64,000 nt of DNA, from the NCBI GenBank assembly GCA_040400795.1, contig JBBAPO010000001.1:30523-94522 (forward strand), given 5' to 3'. This document shows positions 8,569-19,179 of the stretch, one piece after another. This DNA is from Rhodoferax sp. (GTDB lineage: Bacteria; Pseudomonadota; Gammaproteobacteria; Burkholderiales; Burkholderiaceae_C). Below the pieces are notes generated by a model. That model had not been told where the DNA came from, made no database searches, and worked only from the letters and a program-made list of their open reading frames with translations. Made by a program: the position numbers and the translations under genes. Every line of letters begins with the position of its first letter. Positions within the stretch are counted from its first letter, which is position 1.

Positions 8569-9459
8569 TTAGAGCGCGTTAGGCTCCGGCGGGGACGCGG
8601 CGGCTAGCTCCGCGGTGGCTTGGCGCACGGCGGCTTTGTCGCCTGCGCCGGCAAACTTGCTGTACTTGCCTAGCAGGGCGACCAGTTGACCGTAGATGCG
8701 CGGTGTGCCGGCGAGACATTCTTTTTGCTCCAAAAAGTCTGCCTCGCCGGTGAAATTGCCAACCAAACCACCGGCCTCGGTCACCAACAGCGAACCGGCC
8801 GCGACATCCCAGGGCTGCAGCCCGGTCTCAAAAAAGCCATCGGTAAAGCCGGCGGCTACGTAGGCCAGATCCAGTGCCGCAGCACCGGGGCGTCGCAGCC
8901 CGGCGGTGCGCTGCATCACGTCGCCCATCATGCGCAGGTAGGTGTTGAAGTCATCGCCCTGACGAAACGGAAAGCCGGTGGAGATCAGGCATTCCTGCAA
9001 GCGCACACGCTTTGACACGCGAAGCCGTCGGTCGTTCAAAAAAGCGCCGCGGCCTCGCGTGGCGGTGAACAGATCGTTGCGGGTGGGGTCGTAAATCACC
9101 GCTTGTTCCACTTTGCCTTTGACCGCCAACGCGATGCTGACGCAGTAGACCGGCAGGCCGTGGATGAAATTGGTGGTGCCGTCCAGCGGATCGATGATCC
9201 ACACATAGTCTGAATCCTGAGCGCCATGGGTCCGGCCAGATTCTTCCGCCCAGATGCCATGCCCGGGGTAGGCCGCCAACAGGGTTTCGATGATGGCAAC
9301 CTCGGCGGCCTGATCGACTTCGGTAACAAAGTCATTCACCTGCTTTTGCGAGACACGGACCGACTCCACATCAAGTGCCGCTCGGTTGATGATCGCGCCG
9401 GCCGCGCGGGCTGCCTTGACGGCCACATTGATCATGGGATGCAGATTGGGGGATGACAT
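8569..9459 (-). CDS. suhB: Inositol monophosphatase family protein
   Basis: Has the motifs [12 protein letters not shown] and AAGS. I preferred the ATG at 9459 ([18 protein letters not shown]). Confidence 0.9.
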   Translation of the reverse strand: MSSPNLHPMINVAVKAARAAGAIINRAALDVESVRVSQKQVNDFVTEVDQAAEVAIIETLLAAYPGHGIWAEESGRTHGAQDSDYVWIIDPLDGTTNFIHGLPVYCVSIALAVKGKVEQAVIYDPTRNDLFTATRGRGAFLNDRRLRVSKRVRLQECLISTGFPFRQGDDFNTYLRMMGDVMQRTAGLRRPGAAALDLAYVAAGFTDGFFETGLQPWDVAAGSLLVTEAGGLVGNFTGEADFLEQKECLAGTPRIYGQLVALLGKYSKFAGAGDKAAVRQATAELAAASPPEPNAL

Positions 9460-9597
9460 GACTTCTGAATTGTGTGGGCCACTGGCAGGTTCTGCAGTGG
9501 CCGCTGGGGTAAGAACAGGGCAGGGCAACCCGGCGATGCGGGCAGCGACAATGGCTTGATTTTAACCGGCGCTAGGCCTGTGCTTGCCGCTGCAGCC

Positions 9598-10368
9598 ATG
9601 CAGACACGTTTCATTCTGATCAACACCAGCCACGCAGGCAACGTGGGCGCCGCCGCGCGCGCCATGAAAACCATGGGCTTTGACGATTTGGTGCTGGTTG
9701 CGCCGCGCTGGCCCAACGTCTTGCGGCGCGAAGAAACCATTCAGCGGGCCAGCGGTGCGCTGGATGTGCTCAGTAGCGCACGCATCGTCGCCACCCTGGA
9801 TGAGGCGCTGGATGGCATGACCCACCTGTGCGCCACCGCCATGACACCACGCGATTTCGGGCCGCCGACGGTTGCGCCTCGCGAGCATTTCGAGTCGCTA
9901 TTAAAAAAGGAGCTAGAACCCCAATCAGGACAAGGGCTAGAGCCCGAAATCGCTCAAAATTCTGGCGTGGCTTTTCTGTTTGGCTCGGAGCGCTTTGGCA
10001 TGCTCAATGAGCATGTGTACCGATGCCACGCCTGCCTGAGCATCCCAAGCAACCCGCAGTTTGGCTCGCTCAACCTGGGTGCAGCCTTGCAGGTGATTGC
10101 CTATGAGTGGCGCTTGGCGCTGGGTGCTTACCCGGTTCAGTCGGCCACGCCGGCGCCTGCTTTGGCTGATGCCAGCCAGGTGGCAGGCATGCTGGCGCAC
10201 TGGGAGCAGGCACTCACCGCGATCGGCTTTCTTGACCCGCAAGCGCCGCGCAAGCTGATGCCCAGGCTGAACCAACTGTTCAACCGGGCCACGCTGACTC
10301 AGGAAGAAATCCACATCCTGCGCGGGATTGCCAAGCTGATGACCAAGGGTTCCGGCCCTGACCGCTAA
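9598..10368 (+). CDS. trmJ: SpoU/TrmH-class tRNA (cytidine/uridine-2'-O)-methyltransferase TrmJ
   Basis: Begins MQTRFILINTSHAGNVGAAARAMKTMGF and contains LFGSERFGM..SLNLG. Internal ATG at 9598. Confidence 0.85.
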   Translation: MQTRFILINTSHAGNVGAAARAMKTMGFDDLVLVAPRWPNVLRREETIQRASGALDVLSSARIVATLDEALDGMTHLCATAMTPRDFGPPTVAPREHFESLLKKELEPQSGQGLEPEIAQNSGVAFLFGSERFGMLNEHVYRCHACLSIPSNPQFGSLNLGAALQVIAYEWRLALGAYPVQSATPAPALADASQVAGMLAHWEQALTAIGFLDPQAPRKLMPRLNQLFNRATLTQEEIHILRGIAKLMTKGSGPDR

Positions 10369-10378
10369 ACTGCACCTC

Positions 10379-11149
10379 ATGTTGTCTCGTCTTCGTTCCG
10401 ATATTCAGTGCATTCTTGACCGTGACCCAGCGGCGCGCAGCACCTGGGAGGTCATCACCTGCTACCCCGGCCTGCACGCGCTGATCTTGCACCGGCGGGC
10501 CCATTGGTGCTGGCAGCATGGCCTCAAGTGGCTGGGGCGGTTTATTTCGCACATTGCCCGTTTTCTGACCGGGATTGAAATCCACCCTGGGGCGCGTATC
10601 GGCGAGCGGGTGTTTTTTGACCATGCCATGGGCGTGGTGGTAGGTGAGACGGCTGAAATTGGTGACGGCTGCACCATCTACCAGGGCGTGACACTGGGTG
10701 GTACGGCCCTGTACAAGGGTGCCAAGCGCCACCCTACGTTGGGGCGCAATGTGGTGGTCGGCGCGGGTGCCCAGGTGTTGGGCGGCTTCACGGTGGGCGA
10801 TGGTGCCAAGGTCGGCTCGAATGCGGTGGTGACCAAGCCGGTGCCAGCCGGCGCTACGGCAGTGGGCAACCCGGCCCGCATCATTCAGGCGGATCTGGAT
10901 GTCAAACGCGAGGAGGTGGCGTCCAAAATGGGGTTTTCAGCCTATGGCGTGACCCAAAACGATGACCCGCTGAGCCAGGCCCTGAGAGGTCTGATTGACA
11001 ACGCGTCCGGCCAGGATCACCAAATTGCGCTGCTGTGGCAGGCGATTGAAACTTTGCAAAAGAGCCAAGCCGCCAATTGCGTGCCGGCAGACGCCGCGCG
11101 CCAAGAGCATTTCGAGGCCGACCGGCTTAACGAATTGGTGGGTCGGTAG
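10379..11149 (+). CDS. cysE: Serine O-acetyltransferase
   Basis: Contains ILDRDPAA and hexapeptide repeats (GIEIHPGARIG, VVVGETAEIG). Confidence 0.9.
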   Translation: MLSRLRSDIQCILDRDPAARSTWEVITCYPGLHALILHRRAHWCWQHGLKWLGRFISHIARFLTGIEIHPGARIGERVFFDHAMGVVVGETAEIGDGCTIYQGVTLGGTALYKGAKRHPTLGRNVVVGAGAQVLGGFTVGDGAKVGSNAVVTKPVPAGATAVGNPARIIQADLDVKREEVASKMGFSAYGVTQNDDPLSQALRGLIDNASGQDHQIALLWQAIETLQKSQAANCVPADAARQEHFEADRLNELVGR

Positions 11150-11162
11150 GCGCCTGCGCCGT

Positions 11163-11798
11163 TCAGGCCGCAGCCGCCGTGCGCTGGGCTGACTTCGGCC
11201 GAAAAGCCTTGCAAACCGTGTCCACCGTTTCCAGGTAGGGGCCGCCAATCAAGTCCACACAGTAGGGTACGGCGGCAAAGATGCCCGGCAGCACACTGGC
11301 GCCCTCGGCGTCACGCAGGCCTTCCAGGGTCTCGCGAATCGACTTTGGCTGCCCCGGCAGGTTGATGATCAATGTTTGCCCTCGAATGACCGCCACTTGG
11401 CGTGACAGGATGGCTGTCGGCACAAATTTCAGGCTGATCTGGCGCATTTGCTCGCCAAACCCGGGCATGTCCTTGTCCGCCACGGCCAAGGTGGCCTCGG
11501 GTGTCACGTCACGCTTGGCGGGGCCAGTGCCGCCAGTGGTGAGCACCAAGGCGCAGCCGGCGTTGACCAGTTCAATCAGCGTGGCGCTGATCAGGGCTTG
11601 CTCGTCGGGGATCAGCCGGGCCTCAAAGTCAATCGGGTTCTTCAGGGCACGCGTCAGCCAGTCTTGCAGCGCGGGCAGGCCCTGGTCGACATAGACGCCG
11701 CTGGACGCGCGGTCGCTGACCGACACGATGCCGATGCGCACAGGGTCATGGGCCGCAGGGGTGCTGGTGCCGGTGCTGGTGTCAGAGGCGGTCATCAT
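11163..11798 (-). CDS. mog: Molybdopterin adenylyltransferase
   Basis: MoaB/MogA fold motifs LVLTTGGTGPAKRDVTPEA and INLPGQPKS. Confidence 0.85.
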   Translation of the reverse strand: MMTASDTSTGTSTPAAHDPVRIGIVSVSDRASSGVYVDQGLPALQDWLTRALKNPIDFEARLIPDEQALISATLIELVNAGCALVLTTGGTGPAKRDVTPEATLAVADKDMPGFGEQMRQISLKFVPTAILSRQVAVIRGQTLIINLPGQPKSIRETLEGLRDAEGASVLPGIFAAVPYCVDLIGGPYLETVDTVCKAFRPKSAQRTAAAA

Positions 11799-12454
11799 GG
11801 TCTTTGGTCTGCATCGTAGGTCACGGCTGTGTCGGCCTCAGGCTCGGGCACACGCTCAAGCTGATCTCGCACGATTTGAAAAATGTCGCGGTACGCGCGC
11901 CCGTGGCGCACAGCTGCACCTGGCTTTTCTGGTTGTGCATCCTTGCGGGCCTGCCGAATCAGGGCACGCAGTTGCTGCGCGTCGGTTTCGGTATGGGCGG
12001 TCAGCCAGGTGCCAAGGGCATCGTCGTCGAGCAGCAGGCGGTCACGCCAGAGTTCGGCCTGGTGCAGGCGCAGCTTGTCTTGCGCCGAGCCGCCCAACTG
12101 ATCGTTCAGCGCGGTCCGCACCTCGTCAAGCACCGAGGGGTCCACCAGCCGCATCAGTTTGCCTATGAACTGCATCTGTCGGCGCTTGCCTTCAAAATTG
12201 GTGATGCGCTTGGCCTCCACCACAGCATCCTTGAGCTTTTCCGACACAGCCAGCCGCGCCATGAGCTCAGGGCGAAGGGTCAGCAGGTCCTCGCCCAGTT
12301 TTTGCAGTTCGGTGCTCTCGCGCTTGAGCTCAGTGCGGCTTTGCTCGTTGGTGCCCTTGAGCTCGGCCTTGAGCTCGAGATCGCGCTCGCTGCCTTCAGC
12401 GATGAACTCGCCCCGAACGAAATAGCCTTTTTTCAGTTTGCGTGACATAGCCAA
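11795..12454 (-). CDS. yjgA: Ribosome-associated protein YjgA/DarP (DUF615)
   Basis: Contains SRTELKRESTELQKLGEDLL and KRRQMQFIGKLMR. Its stop overlaps the mog start (ATGA). Confidence 0.8.
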   Translation of the reverse strand: MAMSRKLKKGYFVRGEFIAEGSERDLELKAELKGTNEQSRTELKRESTELQKLGEDLLTLRPELMARLAVSEKLKDAVVEAKRITNFEGKRRQMQFIGKLMRLVDPSVLDEVRTALNDQLGGSAQDKLRLHQAELWRDRLLLDDDALGTWLTAHTETDAQQLRALIRQARKDAQPEKPGAAVRHGRAYRDIFQIVRDQLERVPEPEADTAVTYDADQRP

Positions 12455-12471
12455 GTATCATAGCCTCCGAT

Positions 12472-13866
12472 ATGAAGAACCCTAACCCCACGAAAGCCGC
12501 GCCCAGCGCCGGCAGCGGCTTCAGCTACAGCCGCCCATTCTTTGAAAATTTGGTCGACAGCGCGCTGGCGCATGCCAAAAAAATAGGCGCCACTGACGCG
12601 GCGGCTGAAGCCTCGGAGGGCAGTGGCCTGAGCGTCTCTGTGCGCAAGGGCGAGCTCGAAAACGTCGAGCGCAACCGCGACAAGTCCCTTGGTGTCACGG
12701 TCTACATCGGCAAGCGCCGGGGTAATGCCAGCACCTCTGACTTTTCTGCGGCCGCCATAGAGCAGACGGTTCAAGCGGCGTTTGACATCGCCCGGTTTAC
12801 CGCAAAAGACCCCTTCGCCGCGCTGCCAGATGCCCGTGACATCGCCCCGACCTCGCGCCAGCGCACCGACCTGGACCTGTTTTGCCCTTGGGCCATCACG
12901 GCTGAAGAAGCGGCGGCTTTGGCACTGCGCGGCGAGAGTGCGGCCCTTCGGGTTGACCGGCGGATCACCAACAGCGAAGGCGCGGGTGTGTCGGCCCAGC
13001 AGTCGCATTTTTTCAGCGCCCACACCCGGGGCTTCCGGGGTGGCTACGCCAGCTCGCGCCACTCGATGTCGGTGTCACCGATTGCCGGCAAGGGCAATGA
13101 CATGCAGCGCGATGCCTGGTACACCTCCATGCGCTATCCGGAGGACCTGGCCGAGCCCGAGGCGGTGGGCCGCTACGCCGCCGAGCGGGCCTTGAGCCGG
13201 CTCAAGTCGCGCAAGATCGCTACCACCGAATGCCCGGTGCTGTTTGAGTCGCCGCTTGCGGCTGGGCTGCTGGGTGCTTTTGTGCAGGCCATCAGTGGTG
13301 GTGCGCTGTACCGCAAAAGCTCGTTCCTGCTCGATTCACTGGGCAAGCGGGTTCTGCCGGCGCACATTGATATTTTTGAAGATCCGTTTGTCAAGCGCGG
13401 CAAGGGTAGTTCACCGTTTGACGATGAAGGCGTGCGTGTCAAGCCGCGTCAGGTGGTGGAAGCAGGGCGGGTGCAGGGCTACTTTTTGAGCAGCTACTCA
13501 GCTCGCAAGCTGGGCATGAAGACCACCGGCAACGCCGGCGGCTCGCACAATTTGACGCTGCACTCGCGCAAGACCCGTCCTGGTGACAGCCTGGATGCCA
13601 TGTTGGAGAAGCTGGGTACCGGTTTATTTGTTACCGAATTGATGGGCAGCGGCGTCAACTACGTGACGGGCGACTATTCCCGGGGAGCCAGCGGCTTCTG
13701 GGTAGAGCGCGGCCGAATTGCCTACCCAGTGCATGAAATCACCATCGCCGGCAACATGAGAACCATGCTCAAGGGCATCGTGGCCGTCGGCGCCGATACC
13801 TACAACTACGGCGCCAAAGAGGTGGGCTCGGTGCTGATCAACCGGATGAAGGTGGCGGGGAGCTGA
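12472..13866 (+). CDS. pmbA: Metalloprotease PmbA/TldE
   Basis: 464 aa. The C-terminal GDYSRGASGFWVERG and HEITIAGN are typical of the PmbA/TldD family. Confidence 0.9.
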   Translation: MKNPNPTKAAPSAGSGFSYSRPFFENLVDSALAHAKKIGATDAAAEASEGSGLSVSVRKGELENVERNRDKSLGVTVYIGKRRGNASTSDFSAAAIEQTVQAAFDIARFTAKDPFAALPDARDIAPTSRQRTDLDLFCPWAITAEEAAALALRGESAALRVDRRITNSEGAGVSAQQSHFFSAHTRGFRGGYASSRHSMSVSPIAGKGNDMQRDAWYTSMRYPEDLAEPEAVGRYAAERALSRLKSRKIATTECPVLFESPLAAGLLGAFVQAISGGALYRKSSFLLDSLGKRVLPAHIDIFEDPFVKRGKGSSPFDDEGVRVKPRQVVEAGRVQGYFLSSYSARKLGMKTTGNAGGSHNLTLHSRKTRPGDSLDAMLEKLGTGLFVTELMGSGVNYVTGDYSRGASGFWVERGRIAYPVHEITIAGNMRTMLKGIVAVGADTYNYGAKEVGSVLINRMKVAGS

Positions 13867-13897
13867 GGCTTCAGTAAGGTGAGCAGAGTCAGCTGCT

Positions 13898-14344
13898 TTA
13901 CCCCGCCAGCGCCGCCTTGACGGCGGCAGATACCTGGCCCATGTCGGCCTTGCCGGCCAGCCGAGTTTTGACCGCACCCATGACTTTGCCCATGTCGCCC
14001 GGACCCTTGGCGCCGAGTTCGGTCACGATGGCCTGAACGGCGGCGGTCACCTCTTCTGCGCTGAGGCGTTGAGGCAGGTAGGCCTGAAGCACGGTGATCT
14101 CGGCGGATTCCTTGTCAGCCAGGTCTTGTCGTTGGGCCAGCAGGTAGGCGGCCACCGAGTCTTTGCGCTGTTTGATTAACTTATCCACGATCGCCACCAT
14201 GGCAACGTCGTCCAACACCATGCGCTCGTCGATTTCTTTTTGCTTGGCAGCAGCTAGCAGCAACCGGATGGTGCCCAGGCGCTCGCTGTCGCGGGCGCGC
14301 ATGGCGGTCTTCATGTCTTCGGTGATTTGGTCTTTGAGTGACAT
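13898..14344 (-). CDS. GatB/YqeY domain protein
   Basis: Begins MSLKDQITEDMKTAMRARD, with LLAAAKQKEIDE further on. Internal ATG at 14344. Confidence 0.85.
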   Translation of the reverse strand: MSLKDQITEDMKTAMRARDSERLGTIRLLLAAAKQKEIDERMVLDDVAMVAIVDKLIKQRKDSVAAYLLAQRQDLADKESAEITVLQAYLPQRLSAEEVTAAVQAIVTELGAKGPGDMGKVMGAVKTRLAGKADMGQVSAAVKAALAG

Positions 14345-14396
14345 TGCAGTGCTCCTGGCAAGTGGGGATAGAGAGGGTAGCAAAACGGGGCGACAT

Positions 14397-14431
14397 AAAA
14401 AAAGCTCGCCTGAGCGTCCCCGGCGAGCTTT
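14397..14431 (-). terminator. Rho-independent terminator after rpsU
   Basis: On the minus strand: stem GCTCGCC, 11-nt loop, stem GGCGAGC, then a run of 7 T. Confidence 0.6.
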
Positions 14432-14468
14432 GATGTGGCCTGGCAGGCCACTGACCGGGGTGACCCGA

Positions 14469-14681
14469 TCAATACATCTTTTTGGGCAACTGCATGGCGC
14501 GGATGCGCTTGTAATTACGCTTGACGGCAGCAGCTTTCTTGCGCTTACGCTCGGCAGTCGGCTTTTCGTAGAACTCGCGTGCGCGCAAGTCAGTCAAAAG
14601 ACCCAGTTTCTCAATGGTGCGCTTGAAACGGCGCAGGGCTACATCAAACGGCTCGTTCTCTTTTACACGGATGGTTGTCAT
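14469..14681 (-). CDS. rpsU: 30S ribosomal protein S21
   Basis: Begins [21 protein letters not shown], with [10 protein letters not shown] further on. Confidence 0.97.
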   Translation of the reverse strand: MTTIRVKENEPFDVALRRFKRTIEKLGLLTDLRAREFYEKPTAERKRKKAAAVKRNYKRIRAMQLPKKMY

Positions 14682-14855
14682 TACGTCATGTTGTCCAAAA
14701 GGTGCAGTGTTCAGCCAATGGAAGATCGGGCCATGTGACGGATGTTCTGCGATGTTCCCCGCTTAAAAATTGATCAGGCAGCGGGGGTTTGCCAGCAAAG
14801 CCGTGGATTATAGCCTTACAAGTTTCGGGTTTCAATCGAGTTTCGATACCCAGAT

Positions 14856-16112
14856 TCAGGCGCTGACAGTAGCCGGCCGCAGGCGCGCCGCCATTGCCTG
14901 GGCGCAGGCATAGCCGCTGGCCCAGGCCCACTGGAAGTTGTAGCCCCCCAGCCAACCGGTGACGTCGACGACCTCGCCAATGAAATACAAACCCGGCTGG
15001 CGAGACTCCATGGTTTGGCTGGACAGGGCCCGGGTATCCAGGCCCCCGGCCGTGACCTCGGCCTTTCGGTAGCCTTCGGTGCCAGTGGGCGTCAGCGCCC
15101 AATTGGCCAGCCGGTCAGCCAGTGCGGTCAGGGCTTTGTCAGAGGCCTCGTTGATGGGGCGCAGCCAGTTATGGCCCAGGGCTGAGCCCTGCGCCACCCA
15201 GGCGTCGGCCAGCCGGGCGGGCACCAGCGCGCCCAACTCGTTGGCAATCAGCCGGCGCGACGTGGCTTTGGCCCGCGCCAACCAGTCTGTCGTGTCGTGC
15301 TGCGGCGCCAGGTTAAGTCGGATTGGCGTGCCAGGCGCCCAATAGCTCGATATTTGCAGCACACCCGGGCCGCTCAAGCCTCGGTGGGTGAACAGCAGGT
15401 CTTCGGCAAAGCTCATGTGCCCCTTTTTGCTGCCGGTCTCAAGGCGCACCGGGAGCGCCAGGCCGGCCAGTTCGGCATACGGTGCCCAGGCGGCGGCGTC
15501 AAAGGTCAGCGGCACCAGCGCGGGTCGCGGCTCGATCACCGGCAGCTCAAACTGACGGGCAATGCGGTAGCCCAGGTCACTGGCACCAATTTTTGGGATG
15601 GACAGGCCGCCCGTGGCCACCACCACCGCCCCGGCCTGCACCTGACCCAGATCGCTACTGATTTCATAGCTGCCTAGGCTACTGCCATAGGGGCTGGTAA
15701 CCGAAAAGGCAATGGACTGCATGCGGCAGGGCTGCCAGCGCGTCACGCCGCCCGCATCGCACTCCGCCAACAGCAGGCGGATGATGTCTTCGGCCGAGTG
15801 GTCGCAAAACAGCTGGCCCCGATGCTTTTCATGCCAGGCCACGCCGTGTTTTTGCAGCAGGGCGATGAAGTCCTGAGGCGTGTAACGCGCCAGAGCCGAG
15901 CGGCAAAAATTGGGGTTCTCGCCCAGAAAGTTGCTGGCGTTGGTGTCGCGGTTGGTGAAGTTGCAGCGTCCGCCGCCCGAGATACGGATTTTTTCGGCCA
16001 CCTTCTCACTGTGGTCGATGATCAGCACCTTCAAGCCCAGCTGTCCGGCCACGCCGGCGCAAAACAACCCGGCCGCGCCGGCACCGATGATCACCACGTC
16101 AAAACTCTGCAT
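14856..16112 (-). CDS. NAD(P)/FAD-dependent oxidoreductase, HI0933/BaiN family
   Basis: FAD-binding VVIIGAGAAGLFCA, followed by ISGGGRCNFTN. Confidence 0.85.
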   Translation of the reverse strand: MQSFDVVIIGAGAAGLFCAGVAGQLGLKVLIIDHSEKVAEKIRISGGGRCNFTNRDTNASNFLGENPNFCRSALARYTPQDFIALLQKHGVAWHEKHRGQLFCDHSAEDIIRLLLAECDAGGVTRWQPCRMQSIAFSVTSPYGSSLGSYEISSDLGQVQAGAVVVATGGLSIPKIGASDLGYRIARQFELPVIEPRPALVPLTFDAAAWAPYAELAGLALPVRLETGSKKGHMSFAEDLLFTHRGLSGPGVLQISSYWAPGTPIRLNLAPQHDTTDWLARAKATSRRLIANELGALVPARLADAWVAQGSALGHNWLRPINEASDKALTALADRLANWALTPTGTEGYRKAEVTAGGLDTRALSSQTMESRQPGLYFIGEVVDVTGWLGGYNFQWAWASGYACAQAMAARLRPATVSA

Positions 16113-16181
16113 GGCGGCAGTGTAGTGCGGCGCTTTTGTTGAATGCGAAAATTGCCGGCATCGACCCTACTGGAGCGCTGA

Positions 16182-17396
16182 ATGCTGCTGACCAACCCGC
16201 ACCTTGTGCGTTGTGCTTACCCCGCGCCTCTGCAGCAATTGCTGAACATCGATACAGCCCAGGAGAGCCGGCGCTGGCTCAGCGGTTGGCGCTCTCAGTT
16301 CAGCGGCCCTTCGCCGCTATGGGCTTTGCCGGGTCTAGCCCGAGAACTCGGGGTATCGCATATCAGCCTAAAGGACGAGTCGAGCCGCTCGCCCCTGGGC
16401 AGTTTCAAGGTGCTGGGCGCCCCGGTGGCGCTGTTGCGCTTGATCCTGCGTCACTGGCCCGACGCTGGTTTTTTGCCGGCCGATTTGCTGGCGGGCCGAC
16501 ATGCGGTTCAACTCAAAGACTGGGTGGTGATCAGCGCCACTGACGGCAACCACGGCCGGGCGTTGGCGGCGGCAGCGCAAAGTGTGGGCTGCCGATGCGT
16601 CATCGTGCTGCATGCTCAGGTCAGCCCCGAGCGCGAGACGCCTATCGCCGCCCTGGGCGCTGAGATCGTGCGCATCGCCGGCAATTACGACGCGTCGGTG
16701 CATGAGGCTGCTCGGCTGGCGGCAGTGAACGGCTGGCAAGTGGTGTCTGACACCTCCTACCCCGGCTACGACGATGTGCCGCGCGACGTGATGCAGGGCT
16801 ACGCTGTGATTGCCGACGAGCTTTGGCCAGCCGACCAGGCCCCGGCCCCGGACTACAGCCATGTGATCCTTCAAGGTGGCGTGGGCGGCTTTGCGGCCGG
16901 TGTGCTGAGCTATTTCTGGGAGCGGCTGGGGGCGCAGCGGCCGGTGTTTGTGGTGGTGGAGCCGCAGCAAGCCGACTGCCTGTACCAGAGCGCGCAGCAA
17001 GGTCAAGCCGCCGCCACAGCCGGTACGGTGGATTCGGTGATGGCCGGGCTGGCTTGCGGTGAGGCCTCGCCGCTGGCCTGGCGCTTCCTGCAGCCGGGCG
17101 TTGACTTCTTCATGACCGTCTCGGACCAGGCGGCGGTGCAGGCCATGGGGGTGCTGGCGCGCGGTGACGCGGGCGATGTCCCGGTGCTCAGTGGCGAATC
17201 AGGGGCCGCCGGGCTGGCCGGTTTGCAGGCGCTGGCGGCCTCTCCGGCCTGGCGCGATCAGGTCGGTTTGGATGAGTCATCCCGCGTTTTGCTGGTCAAT
17301 ACCGAAGGGGCGACTGCCCCGGCCCTGTACAAAGATCTGGCTGGCCGCTCTGCTGAGCAAGTGCTGCAGGCGCAGGCGGACTGGCTGACCCGCTGA
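16182..17396 (+). CDS. dpaL: PLP-dependent diaminopropionate ammonia-lyase-like enzyme
   Basis: LKDESSRSPLGSFKVLG contains the PLP lysine. ATDGNHG is also present. Confidence 0.75.
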   Translation: MLLTNPHLVRCAYPAPLQQLLNIDTAQESRRWLSGWRSQFSGPSPLWALPGLARELGVSHISLKDESSRSPLGSFKVLGAPVALLRLILRHWPDAGFLPADLLAGRHAVQLKDWVVISATDGNHGRALAAAAQSVGCRCVIVLHAQVSPERETPIAALGAEIVRIAGNYDASVHEAARLAAVNGWQVVSDTSYPGYDDVPRDVMQGYAVIADELWPADQAPAPDYSHVILQGGVGGFAAGVLSYFWERLGAQRPVFVVVEPQQADCLYQSAQQGQAAATAGTVDSVMAGLACGEASPLAWRFLQPGVDFFMTVSDQAAVQAMGVLARGDAGDVPVLSGESGAAGLAGLQALAASPAWRDQVGLDESSRVLLVNTEGATAPALYKDLAGRSAEQVLQAQADWLTR

Positions 17397-17399
17397 GGC

Positions 17400-18185
17400 T
17401 CAGGCGGCGCGAGTCCTCGCGCTAGCGACAGCCAGCAAACCCTTCAGCACGTCGCCCACCACGATCACACTGGGGCTGCCCAACTGTTCCGCCGCCAGGG
17501 TGTGGTGCAACTCCGCCAGTGTGCACACCGCGTGGCGTTGCTCAGGCAGGCTGGCGTGTTGGATGATGGCCACCGGCGTCTGGCCGGGTAGGCCTTGCAG
17601 CAGCGCCTCCTGAATCCGTGCCGCACCGCTGACCCCCATGTAAATCACCAGGGTCAGGCGGGCTTGGCGGGCCGTGGCCGCCAGCGCCGGCCAGTCGGTG
17701 CCAGCATCGCCGGGTTTGGCGTGGCCTGTCACGAACACCACGCCGTGGGCGTGTTCGCGGTGCGTCAGCGGCACGCCCAATGCTGTGACGGCCGCCAGTC
17801 CGGCGGTGATGCCGTTGACCACGCCCACAGTGATGCCGGCAGCCTGCAGATGGGCCATTTCTTCACCGCCACGGCCAAAAATGAAGGGGTCGCCACCCTT
17901 GAGCCGCACCACCCGCTCGCCGTCCTGCACCGCGCTGACCATCAACTTTTCAATAAAAGCCTGAGGTGTTGACTGGCAGCCGCCGCGCTTGCCCACGTAC
18001 ACCACACGGGCGCTGGGGGCAGCAAAAGCCACGATGGCGTCGCTGACCAGGTCATCAACCAGCAGCAGGGTGGCGGCCTGGATCGCCTTGAGCGCCTTGA
18101 GCGTCAATAATTCCGGGTCGCCTGGGCCGGCGCCCACCAGAGTGCAGCTGCCCAGCGAGCGGGGAGGGTTGGCGGTGGTACTCAT
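17400..18185 (-). CDS. cobA: Uroporphyrinogen-III C-methyltransferase
   Basis: Contains LVGAGPGDPELLTLKA and RLKGGDPFIFGRGGEE. Confidence 0.85.
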   Translation of the reverse strand: MSTTANPPRSLGSCTLVGAGPGDPELLTLKALKAIQAATLLLVDDLVSDAIVAFAAPSARVVYVGKRGGCQSTPQAFIEKLMVSAVQDGERVVRLKGGDPFIFGRGGEEMAHLQAAGITVGVVNGITAGLAAVTALGVPLTHREHAHGVVFVTGHAKPGDAGTDWPALAATARQARLTLVIYMGVSGAARIQEALLQGLPGQTPVAIIQHASLPEQRHAVCTLAELHHTLAAEQLGSPSVIVVGDVLKGLLAVASARTRAA

Positions 18186-19102
18186 GGCGCCATGGAAGAA
18201 GATGGGCCCCGGGCCAGCCGCACCAGGTGGCTGACCTGAAGGGCGATGGATTCTGGCACCGGCCGCTGGCCGTTCAGCACCGATTCGATCCAGCGCCCGG
18301 TGCTGGCTGCGTCGGGAGCGGGTAGGTCTGGCAACTGGGCCAGGGGGCCGGCCTGTGCCTCTTGAACCCGCTGAGCCTGGCCGTTGGCAAAGGCATCCAT
18401 GGCGGGTGTGCGTCGCGGGTCGGCCACTGGCTCGCCTTCAGTGCCGCGCAGCAGCAGGGCGCTGGCCTGCACCAACTGCAGGGTGGCGGCCATTGATTTG
18501 GCGTATTCCGGGTGGGTGTAGCTGCCCACCACCAGTGCGGTATGGCTGCAGGGGTTCATCAGCTTGACCAGGCTGTGCGCCGGGTTACGCAAGCCCACCA
18601 CCCGACGAACATCTAGCAGACGCGCCAACCCGGGGCACAGCAGGCCGGTCGGAAAGTAGCGGACGCTGCCAATCGCTATCGGTTCTATAGCTAACTCTGC
18701 CCTGATACCAAGGGTTTCAAGCACATTTTGTGTGGAAGTCCGGCTGTTTTCGGTGGCCATGCCGTGCACTAGCACAGCCAGTCCTTCGCGCGCCAGCAGC
18801 AGGGCCAGCAAGGGCGTGAGCACCGGCAACTTGCGCGCCCCGTTGTAGCTGGGCAGCACCACGGTGGGCTGGTCGGCGTTGGGCACCAGCTGCATGCGCT
18901 GCCGCGTGGCGTCCAGAAAGCCGGCCATCTCTTGCGGTGTCTCACCCTTGATGCGCATGGCAAGGCAGAACGCACCCACCTCCAGGTCGGTCACCGCACC
19001 GTCCAGAACCTGGCCCATCAGGTCAGCCGCTTGCTCGCGATTCAGCGGGCGTGCGCCCTCCTTGCCGCGGCCGATTTCCTTGATGTAGTTGGCGATGCCC
19101 AT
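18182..19102 (-). CDS. ybiB: YbiB-like DNA-binding protein (anthranilate phosphoribosyltransferase fold)
   Basis: Has the N-terminal IKEIGRGKEGARPL and TrpD-like architecture. Its stop overlaps the cobA start. Confidence 0.7.
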   Translation of the reverse strand: MGIANYIKEIGRGKEGARPLNREQAADLMGQVLDGAVTDLEVGAFCLAMRIKGETPQEMAGFLDATRQRMQLVPNADQPTVVLPSYNGARKLPVLTPLLALLLAREGLAVLVHGMATENSRTSTQNVLETLGIRAELAIEPIAIGSVRYFPTGLLCPGLARLLDVRRVVGLRNPAHSLVKLMNPCSHTALVVGSYTHPEYAKSMAATLQLVQASALLLRGTEGEPVADPRRTPAMDAFANGQAQRVQEAQAGPLAQLPDLPAPDAASTGRWIESVLNGQRPVPESIALQVSHLVRLARGPSSSMAP

Positions 19103-19179
19103 AAACGGATTGTCCCTCTGGCTTGATGACTTGGCGCTATGAGCTTATGTCGGAGGCCAATCCCCTAAACTTGCCCGCT

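Noticed and set aside
14435-14451. Palindrome GTGGCCTGGCAGGCCAC downstream of rpsU
   Set aside because: The loop is too small for a stable hairpin. The adjacent 14397-14431 stem plus T-run is the better terminator.
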